Below, piece after piece: positions 57,085 through 64,000 of a DNA stretch of 64,000 nucleotides. The position numbers and the translations under genes are program-made. Position 1 is the first letter of the stretch. Every line of letters begins with the position of its first letter. The notes beneath the pieces were generated by a model. It ran no database searches. It had not been told where the DNA came from and saw only the letters and a program-made list of their open reading frames with translations. The DNA comes from Thermoanaerobaculia bacterium (GTDB lineage Bacteria > Acidobacteriota > Thermoanaerobaculia > Gp7-AA8), in NCBI GenBank assembly GCA_963719365.1, contig OY970380.1:1873295-1937294 (forward strand), given 5' to 3'.

Positions 57085-59067
57085 ATGCGCGTCTACCGAG
57101 ATGACCAGAAGTTCCTGACTTTTCGCATCAACGCTCTTCTTTGGGCGATCGTCATCGTGTTCGTGTTTCTGGCGGGCTCGTTCTGGGTCGTTCAAGGCGT
57201 GCAGGCGGAGAAGTATCGGAACCTTTCGGAAGCCAACGCCCTTCGCGAGCTCGTCACGCCGGCCAAGCGCGGACTGATCCTCGACCGCAGCGGGCAAAAG
57301 ATCCTCGCCGACAACCAGCCGGCCTACTCGCTGTCGCTCGACCGCGTGGTCATGCGTCCGATCATCAAGAACGATCCCACGCATCGCGACAAGCTCGTGG
57401 CCTTCCTCGCTCAGGTTCTCGGCGTGCCAGCGCAGGAGATCGAGGCTCGATTCGAAAAAGGGAAGGCCATTCCCAACGCGCGGCCCATTCCGGTCGCGGA
57501 AGATCTGTCGATGACGCAGGTCGCCTCGATCCAGGCGCAGGCGGTCGCGTTTCCCGAGCTCGACGTCGAGCCGGTGCAGCGCCGCAACTATCCGTACGGA
57601 ATCATGGCCGCGCACGTGATGGGCTTCATTGGCGAGGTGAACGATAAAGACCTCACCTCACACAAAGAGCTCAGGCAGGGCGATCTTCTCGGCAAACGCG
57701 GCGTGGAAATGATGTACGACGAATATCTGCGCGGCCGCGACGGCGCACAGTACTGGCAATACGACAGTCACGGACGCCGCCTCGATGAGTATCGTCCGGC
57801 GCGCAAAGAACCGGTCGCCGGCGACAACGTCTACCTCACGATTGATTTCGATTTGCAGCGCCGCGCCGAGCAGTACTTCATCGAGAACGAGTTTGTCGGC
57901 TCCGCGGTCGCACTCGATCCGCGCAACGGGGAAGTCCTGGCGATGGTCTCGTCGCCCGCGTTCAATCCCAACGTTTACTCGCGCCGCTTCACGCCCGAAG
58001 TCTGGCGGACCATCGCATCCAATCCGTTCAAGGTTGAGCTGAATCGCGCCATTCAGGGACTCTATTCTCCGGGATCCGTTTTCAAAGCGGTCATGGCCAT
58101 GGCCGGCCTGTCCGAAGGTGCGATCGATACTTCGACCTCGTTCTTCTGCAGCGGCAGCGGCGTGTTTTTCGGACGCCGTTTCCGTTGCTACAACAAGAAC
58201 GGTCATGGCGACGTCAGTGTCGCCAACGCCTTGAAAGTCTCGTGCGACATCTTCTTCTTCAACGTCGGCGCGCGGCTGGGCGTCGACAGGATTTCCGAGT
58301 ACGCGCACAAGCTCACCTTCGGCGAAATCTCACGCATCGATCTCGATGGCGAGAAAGCCGGTCTGGTTCCTTCAACCCAGTGGGCCAACACCAAGCAGCA
58401 CCGCAAGTGGTATCCGTCGGAAACGATCTCCGTCGCCATCGGTCAGGGCCCGCTCATCGTGACGCCACTTCAGGTCGCAAACATGATGGCGGCGATCGCG
58501 AACGGCGGAACCGTCTACCGTCCGCACGTCGTAAAGATGATCGAGAAGGTCAACCCGGACGGCCACGTCGAACGCCTCCAGGTCGCGAGCGAAGTACTGC
58601 ACAAGGTCACGCTTGCTCCGAAAGCGCTGGAGACTGTGAGGCTCGGTCTCTGGAAAGTGGTCAATGAAGAAGGCGGCACCGGCGGCAACGCCCGCATCGA
58701 AGGGCTGAACGTCTCCGGCAAGACCGGCACTGTTCAGGTCATCGCGCAACACGGCTGGGTGAAGACCGAAGGCTTGCCCTACAAGTACAAAGATCACGCG
58801 TGGTTCGCATCGTTCGCGCCGAAGGACAACCCGCAGATGGTCGTGGTCGTCTTCGTCGAGCACGGCGGACACGGCGGTGTCGATGCCGCGCCGCTGGCCA
58901 AGCTGCTATACGAATCGCGCTTCCGCGAACAGGTCCTGAACGCCAACCTCGATCTCTCGAATCCCGACACGCTCCAGGCAATCAAAGAAGGACAAGCGCC
59001 CGTCCCCGGCCAGGTCAAGAAAGCGCCCGCTGCGCAAGAAGGCTCGAACCCGAACCTCGGACACTGA
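57085..59067 (+). CDS. mrdA: Penicillin-binding protein 2
   Basis: Motifs RGLILDR, R.YP, PGSVFK (SxxK), SCD (SxD) and KTGT. Confidence 0.95.
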   Translation: MRVYRDDQKFLTFRINALLWAIVIVFVFLAGSFWVVQGVQAEKYRNLSEANALRELVTPAKRGLILDRSGQKILADNQPAYSLSLDRVVMRPIIKNDPTHRDKLVAFLAQVLGVPAQEIEARFEKGKAIPNARPIPVAEDLSMTQVASIQAQAVAFPELDVEPVQRRNYPYGIMAAHVMGFIGEVNDKDLTSHKELRQGDLLGKRGVEMMYDEYLRGRDGAQYWQYDSHGRRLDEYRPARKEPVAGDNVYLTIDFDLQRRAEQYFIENEFVGSAVALDPRNGEVLAMVSSPAFNPNVYSRRFTPEVWRTIASNPFKVELNRAIQGLYSPGSVFKAVMAMAGLSEGAIDTSTSFFCSGSGVFFGRRFRCYNKNGHGDVSVANALKVSCDIFFFNVGARLGVDRISEYAHKLTFGEISRIDLDGEKAGLVPSTQWANTKQHRKWYPSETISVAIGQGPLIVTPLQVANMMAAIANGGTVYRPHVVKMIEKVNPDGHVERLQVASEVLHKVTLAPKALETVRLGLWKVVNEEGGTGGNARIEGLNVSGKTGTVQVIAQHGWVKTEGLPYKYKDHAWFASFAPKDNPQMVVVVFVEHGGHGGVDAAPLAKLLYESRFREQVLNANLDLSNPDTLQAIKEGQAPVPGQVKKAPAAQEGSNPNLGH

Positions 59068-59228
59068 TGTATTGCCTTCGGCGTTATCGGTTGTCGGTTG
59101 ATTGCCTTCGGCGTTCTCGATCGCAGCCTGAAGCACGCTTTGAATGAACAGTTTGAACTTGCCTGACAATGAAAACGACAAAGGCAATGAACTGACAACG
59201 CCGAAGGCAATACCCAACGCCGCAGGCA
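59068..59228. repeat. Family E inverted repeat element downstream of mrdA
   Basis: ttgccttcggcgttatcggttgtcggttg...caacgccgaaggca; shares the loop core tgaacttgcct.acaat with the 56845 copy. Confidence 0.88.
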
Positions 59229-59594
59229 CTAATAAGGTCTTTTGAACTTGTCCGCGTCGCGTCTTTCGCGTTTCGTCGGACGTCCCGCTCCTCGCTCGCG
59301 GAACACGGCATCATCAATCTTTTCGATGACGGGCGTCTCGTCGATGTACGTCGTGCGGGCGATTTCCTTCGGTTGCTGTTTGTCGGGGATGCCCTTCACG
59401 ACGAACTTCCGGAATCGATCGCCGGCGTACAGCTCGACGACGTCTCCTTCGCGCACCGGGGCGGCTGGCTTGACGCGCTGGCCGTTGAGTTTTACGTGAC
59501 CTCCGCGGCATGCCTCGGTCGCATCGGTCCGATGCTTGACGAGGCAGACATGCTTGAGCCAGGTGTCGATGCGATGACGCTCTGAGTCGCTCAT
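59229..59594 (-). CDS. hslR: S4-domain RNA-binding protein (Hsp15/HslR-like)
   Basis: RIDTWL...K.R..A..AC.GG.V..NG..VKP and RGAGRPTKRERR. Confidence 0.88.
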   Translation of the reverse strand: MSDSERHRIDTWLKHVCLVKHRTDATEACRGGHVKLNGQRVKPAAPVREGDVVELYAGDRFRKFVVKGIPDKQQPKEIARTTYIDETPVIEKIDDAVFRERGAGRPTKRERRDADKFKRPY

Positions 59595-59601
59595 TCGGAA
59601 G

Positions 59602-59611
59602 AGGTTATAAT
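59602..59611. promoter_or_regulatory. Overlapping bidirectional -10 elements
   Basis: TATAAT (+, 59606-11) is 7 nt before the hup ATG; TAACCT (-, 59607-02) is 7 nt before the hslR ATG. Confidence 0.6.
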
Positions 59612-59618
59612 CCCGGCC

Positions 59619-59888
59619 ATGATTAAAGCCGACATCGTCAACAAGGTGGCGGAAGTGTCCGAAATTTCGCGCGTGAAAGCCGCTCAGGCGGTCGACACGG
59701 TCATCGAAGGCCTGCGCCATGCGCTCGCGCGCGGCCAGCGGATCGAGCTCCGCGGATTCGGCGTTTTCCAAGTCAAACAACGGAAGAAAGGGATCGGCCG
59801 CAATCCCAAAACCGGCGTCGAAGTGAAGATCCCGCCCGGCAACACCATCCGTTTCAAACCGGGCAAAGAACTGCGGAACCTTCTGTAG
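59619..59888 (+). CDS. hup: HU/IHF-family DNA-binding protein
   Basis: Motifs [16 protein letters not shown] and FKPGKEL. Confidence 0.93.
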   Translation: MIKADIVNKVAEVSEISRVKAAQAVDTVIEGLRHALARGQRIELRGFGVFQVKQRKKGIGRNPKTGVEVKIPPGNTIRFKPGKELRNLL

Positions 59889-61459
59889 TGTCGCCCGAGG
59901 AAAACCGGCGGCCTGTTGGCAACAGCCAGACTGTACTCGTTCTCGATTTCGGTTCGCAGTACACGCAGCTCATCGCCCGGCGCATCCGCGAGCAGAGCGT
60001 CTACTCCGTCGTCCATCCGTTCGACATTCCGATCGATCGCATCCGCGCGCTCGCGCCGCAAGCGATCATTTTTTCCGGCGGACCGCAATCGGTTTACGCC
60101 GATGCCGCGCCGATCTGCTCGCGCGAGATCTTCGACCTCGGCGTCCCCATCCTCGGCATCTGCTACGGCATGCAGCTCACTGCCTATCTGCTCGATGGCA
60201 AAGTCGAAGCATCGGCCGAGCGCGAATACGGCCGCGCGGAGATCGATGTCAGCGCAAACGACTCGAAGCTCTTCGCAAGCACGCCTGCGCATCAGCGCGT
60301 GTGGGCAAGTCATGGCGACAAAATCCTGCGCGAGCCGCCCGGCTTCCGCATCACGGCGTCATCGGCGAACGCGCCGATCGCAGCGTTCGAAAGCATCGAG
60401 CGGCAGTGCTTCGGAATTCAGTTTCATCCGGAGGTCACGCACAGCGAGGCCGGAACATCGATTCTTCGCAATTTCCTTTTCGACATCGCCCACTGCACTC
60501 CCACCTGGAACCTCGGCGACTACCGCAAACGAAAGGTCGAAGAGATTCGCGCTACGGTCGGCGACAAACAAGTCATCGCGGCAGTCAGCGGCGGCGTCGA
60601 TTCATCGGTAGCCGCGTTGCTCGTCGCCGAAGCCATCGGCGATCAGCTCACGGCGATCTTTGTCGACAACGGCGTCTTGCGAAAGAACGAAGCCATCCAA
60701 GTCATGTCGCGCTTGTCCGAAGGCCTCGGCATGCACATCATCGCCATCGACGGAAGGCAGCGCTTTTACGACAAGCTCGCAGGCATCGAAGATCCTGAGG
60801 CCAAGCGCAAGAAGATCGGAAACGAATTCATCGCTGTCTTCGAAGAGGAAGCGAAGCGCATCGCTGGCGCCGAGTTTCTCGTGCAGGGAACGCTCTATCC
60901 CGACGTCATCGAGTCGGTCTCGGTCAAAGGTCCCTCGGCCGTCATCAAAACTCATCACAATGTCGGCGGCCTGCCGGAAAAGATGGGCCTCAAACTAATT
61001 GAGCCGGTTCGCGAACTATTTAAGGATGAAGTGCGCCGCCTCGGACTCGAGCTCGGTCTCGAGGACGAATTTGTCTGGCGCCATCCGTTTCCCGGCCCGG
61101 GACTGGCTGTCCGTATCCTTGGCGAGGTGACCGCCGAGCGCGTGGCGATCCTGCAGAACGCGGACGAGATCGTGATCGAGGAGATTCGCCGGGCCGGCCT
61201 GTATCGCGAGATTTCTCAAGCATTTGCGGTCCTGCTGCCGGTGCGCAGCGTCGGCGTGATGGGGGACGAGCGGACCTACGAAAACGTCGTCGCCGTCCGC
61301 GCCGTTTCGACGACGGATTTTATGACCGCCGACTGGTACCGAATGCCCCACGACGTGCTCGATGCCATCAGCCGGCGCATCGTCAACGAGGTTCGCGGCA
61401 TCAACCGGGTCGTCTACGACATCTCCTCAAAACCTCCCAGCACGATCGAATGGGAGTGA
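59888..61459 (+). CDS. guaA: GMP synthase (glutamine-hydrolysing)
   Basis: Motifs [34 protein letters not shown] and KPPSTIEWE. Confidence 0.98.
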   Translation: MSPEENRRPVGNSQTVLVLDFGSQYTQLIARRIREQSVYSVVHPFDIPIDRIRALAPQAIIFSGGPQSVYADAAPICSREIFDLGVPILGICYGMQLTAYLLDGKVEASAEREYGRAEIDVSANDSKLFASTPAHQRVWASHGDKILREPPGFRITASSANAPIAAFESIERQCFGIQFHPEVTHSEAGTSILRNFLFDIAHCTPTWNLGDYRKRKVEEIRATVGDKQVIAAVSGGVDSSVAALLVAEAIGDQLTAIFVDNGVLRKNEAIQVMSRLSEGLGMHIIAIDGRQRFYDKLAGIEDPEAKRKKIGNEFIAVFEEEAKRIAGAEFLVQGTLYPDVIESVSVKGPSAVIKTHHNVGGLPEKMGLKLIEPVRELFKDEVRRLGLELGLEDEFVWRHPFPGPGLAVRILGEVTAERVAILQNADEIVIEEIRRAGLYREISQAFAVLLPVRSVGVMGDERTYENVVAVRAVSTTDFMTADWYRMPHDVLDAISRRIVNEVRGINRVVYDISSKPPSTIEWE

Positions 61460-61607
61460 CGGAGAATGAGAATCAATTACTCGCCCGCCTCCCGACTTTC
61501 CATTTTTGTGTAGCTCTGCGTCACAAGACGTTGTAAGTTACTCATACGCGTCCCTACCGAAAAACAGTTCCTCGCACATATCGTGCGTGGTGAAGAGGAG
61601 AACCTGC

Positions 61608-63113
61608 ATGAACTCAGCCCGGTCTCTTACCCGTTTCATCGTCGCCTCCATGTTGTGTCTGCTTCTGCTTCCAGCGATCGCCCTCGCTAAATCCGGCAAC
61701 TCCGATCCGATTGCCCGAACGACGGCATCCGGCTCGGTGGCAATCTGGACGACGGCAGTCAGCCACGACAAGATCGCACTCACCGTCGTTGGTCCTGATG
61801 GAGCCGTGTTCCAGAAGGAGTTTGCGGCGGGTGCCACGCCAATGTTCCGCCTGCAGGATCTCGGCAAAAACGTGGCGGACGGTTCCTACACGTACGAGAT
61901 GCGCATCATCCCGAACGTTTCATCCGCCACGAAGCAGCAGCTCGCAGCAGCACGCGAAGCGGGCGACGATGCAGCGGCGGCCCGCATTCAGCGCGAGGCC
62001 GGTATCGCGGAGCAGATGGTGCAGTCGGGGACACTGTCGGTGTCGAACGGTGCGTTCATCAATCCCGACTCCACCGAGCCAGGGCACCAGCCTGCGCCGG
62101 CCGCCATGAGCACGACGAGCGGTACACCGAGCGCGTCATCGATCACCGCGCCGCATAACCCCACCGCCCTCGACATCGTGCAGGCTGATGACGTGATCAT
62201 TCAAGGGAGCCTCTGTGTCGGCCTCGACTGCGTGAACAACGAGTCGTTCGGCTTCGACACGATCCGCCTGAAGGAAAACAACACGCGCATCAAGTTCGAC
62301 GACACCAGCACGTCGACCGGTTTCGCGAACCATGATTGGCAGTTGACGGCCAACGACTCGGCCAGCGGCGGCGCGAACAAGTTCTCCATCGAGGACATCA
62401 CCGCGGCGACGGTTCCCGTCACGGTCACCGGGTCCGCGCCGACGAACTCGATCTTTGTCGACAGCAGTGGCCGCGTCGGTTTTCACACGGCCACGCCCGT
62501 CCTCGACCTTCACGTTGCCACGAGCAACACTCCTGCACTGCGTCTCGAGCAGAACAACAGCGGTGGTTTTACCGCGCAGACCTGGGACGTCGCGGGCAAC
62601 GAAGCGAACTTCTTCGTGCGCGACGTGACCGGCGGCTCGCGCCTTCCGTTCCGCATTCGTCCCGGCGCACCGACCAGCTCGATCGATATCGCGGCGAGCG
62701 GCAACGTCGGTATCGGAACAGCGTCGCCATCATTCAACCTGGATGTTAGTTCAACGTCAACAGCATTCCTGGAGATCAAAGGAACCACTGCTGGCATGCT
62801 TCTAAACCACACGACAGCCAATAACCAGAGCGCCATCAACTTCCGTGAAAACGGAACTGATAAGTTCATCATGGGCACTGGTGTCTATAGTGCGGATACA
62901 ACAAACTTCGACATCGGCACAAATGCGGCCAGCATTGTCAGGATTCAGTCCGGCGGCAACGTAGGCATAGGGACAACGTCGCCTACCAGCAAACTGCAGG
63001 TCGTCGGTTTGCCAGCGTTCGCCAACAACGCCGCGGCAGTTGCCGGCGGCTTGACGGCCGGCGCGTTCTACCGCACGGGTGGCGATCCCGACTTGGTTTG
63101 CGTCGTTCACTAG
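61608..63113 (+). CDS. Secreted tail-fibre/adhesin-like protein with GNVGIGT repeats
   Basis: GAGGAG SD; signal peptide; GSLCVGLDCVNNESFGFDTIRLKENN; two GNVGIGT..P units; C-terminal ANNAAAVAGGL..G..YRT. Confidence 0.72.
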   Translation: MNSARSLTRFIVASMLCLLLLPAIALAKSGNSDPIARTTASGSVAIWTTAVSHDKIALTVVGPDGAVFQKEFAAGATPMFRLQDLGKNVADGSYTYEMRIIPNVSSATKQQLAAAREAGDDAAAARIQREAGIAEQMVQSGTLSVSNGAFINPDSTEPGHQPAPAAMSTTSGTPSASSITAPHNPTALDIVQADDVIIQGSLCVGLDCVNNESFGFDTIRLKENNTRIKFDDTSTSTGFANHDWQLTANDSASGGANKFSIEDITAATVPVTVTGSAPTNSIFVDSSGRVGFHTATPVLDLHVATSNTPALRLEQNNSGGFTAQTWDVAGNEANFFVRDVTGGSRLPFRIRPGAPTSSIDIAASGNVGIGTASPSFNLDVSSTSTAFLEIKGTTAGMLLNHTTANNQSAINFRENGTDKFIMGTGVYSADTTNFDIGTNAASIVRIQSGGNVGIGTTSPTSKLQVVGLPAFANNAAAVAGGLTAGAFYRTGGDPDLVCVVH

Positions 63114-63138
63114 ATCCGCGAGTCTGATCGTTTAGTCT

Positions 63139-63187
63139 AAACCGCGCGGCGAGTGGAGATCCTCCACGCGCCGCGCGGTTTTTCTTT
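63139..63187 (+). terminator. Intrinsic terminator
   Basis: aaaccgcgcggcg..gtggag-atc-ctccac..cgccgcgcggttttt. Confidence 0.8.
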
Positions 63188-63221
63188 GCACGCGAACGTC
63201 GCGCTCGGACTGCTCACGTAG

Positions 63222-63260
63222 AAAAAAGTACGGGACGCGGCGGAAGACCGCGCCCCGTTA
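63222..63260 (-). terminator. Probable intrinsic terminator of ftsZ
   Basis: GC-rich imperfect hairpin (acgggacgcgg...ccgcgccccgt) preceded by aaaaaa on the plus strand. Confidence 0.55.
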
Positions 63261-63336
63261 CAGAGCAGATGATCCCGGGTCCCTCTCCCCTGGATCGCGT
63301 GCAGCGCGCAGGAGGGGCGCGCCGCGTTGGGAAACG

Positions 63337-64000
63337 CTAGTCGCTCAAGTTGCGGATCACCGTCGGAATATCGAGGTCATTGCCGAAATCACTCGACGCC
63401 ATCGGCCCGAAGCCGCCGGAGCCGTCGGAACGGCTGAATCCTTTGCGAAAAAAGGGAGGATCGTAAATCTCCCCCTCCGCGCCCAACTGCGGCGCCGCCT
63501 GAACCGCTTCCTGCGTTACCTCGTGCTGCGCCGCGATCTCTTTCGGCGCGAAAGGCCGGAACGGCACCTGCGTGGACGTTGTCGCAGGCCGCGACGAATG
63601 ACCCGACGAGAGCTGCTCGCCGCGCGTGTTGAGAAATCCTTTTGTCGCGGAATCAAACCCGGTCGCGATGACCGTGACTTTGACTTCGTCTTTCATCCGC
63701 GGGTCGATGACCGTGCCGAAGATGATGTTCGCTTCTTCGTCGGCCGCTTCCTGAATGATCGACGCCGCTTCATGAACTTCGAACAGCGTCATGTCGGGAC
63801 CGCCGGTGATGTTGATCAGAACGCCCTTCGCCCCTTCGATCGACGCCTCTTCGAGCAGCGGCGATGAAATGGCGCGCTGCGCCGCTTCGACCGCGCGATG
63901 CTCGCCCGAGCTCACGCCCGTGCCCATCAGGGCCATGCCCATGCCGTGCATGATCGTCTTCACGTCGGCGAAGTCGAGGTTGATCTCTCCCGGAACCGTG
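63337..64000 (-). CDS. ftsZ: Cell division protein FtsZ (5' part outside the window)
   Basis: Motifs [33 protein letters not shown] and C-terminal LDIPT.IR. Confidence 0.96.
   Translation of the reverse strand, partial: TVPGEINLDFADVKTIMHGMGMALMGTGVSSGEHRAVEAAQRAISSPLLEEASIEGAKGVLINITGGPDMTLFEVHEAASIIQEAADEEANIIFGTVIDPRMKDEVKVTVIATGFDSATKGFLNTRGEQLSSGHSSRPATTSTQVPFRPFAPKEIAAQHEVTQEAVQAAPQLGAEGEIYDPPFFRKGFSRSDGSGGFGPMASSDFGNDLDIPTVIRNLSD

Noticed and set aside
61440-63340. Genomic island or prophage integrated at the guaA 3' end
   Set aside because: guaA is a known integration hotspot, but no integrase or duplicated guaA end is visible before ftsZ.

Overview
High-GC bacterial chromosomal window. 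Gene style and secreted-protein families suggest Acidobacteriota (possibly Thermoanaerobaculia); this is an inference, not a database result. Housekeeping backbone: phosphoglucomutase/phosphomannomutase, cysS, msrA, prmA, ppa, CIRCE-controlled hrcA-grpE-dnaK-dnaJ, rarA, ppiD-like, mreBCD-mrdA, hup, guaA and a partial ftsZ. Interleaved with it are c-di-GMP signalling genes, an ECF/anti-sigma pair, several large secreted proteins, two intact toxin-antitoxin pairs plus a putative pair and several remnants, and two IS elements (IS630, ISL3). Most notable: (1) an AglB/STT3-like oligosaccharyltransferase with its WWDYG motif changed to PWSLG, translationally coupled to a lipase-maturation-factor (LMF1-like) gene; (2) at least six families of 7-10-mer-based tandem repeats arranged as inverted arms, plus REP-like palindromes, which fill many spacers, often start at stop codons, host both IS insertions and in one case bracket a two-gene cassette; (3) a 9-Cys secreted peptide coupled to a beta-sandwich partner; (4) frequent TAnnnT boxes 6-8 nt before start codons, suggesting leaderless mRNAs. 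Three single frameshifts look like assembly indels. No tRNA, rRNA or CRISPR array was found.
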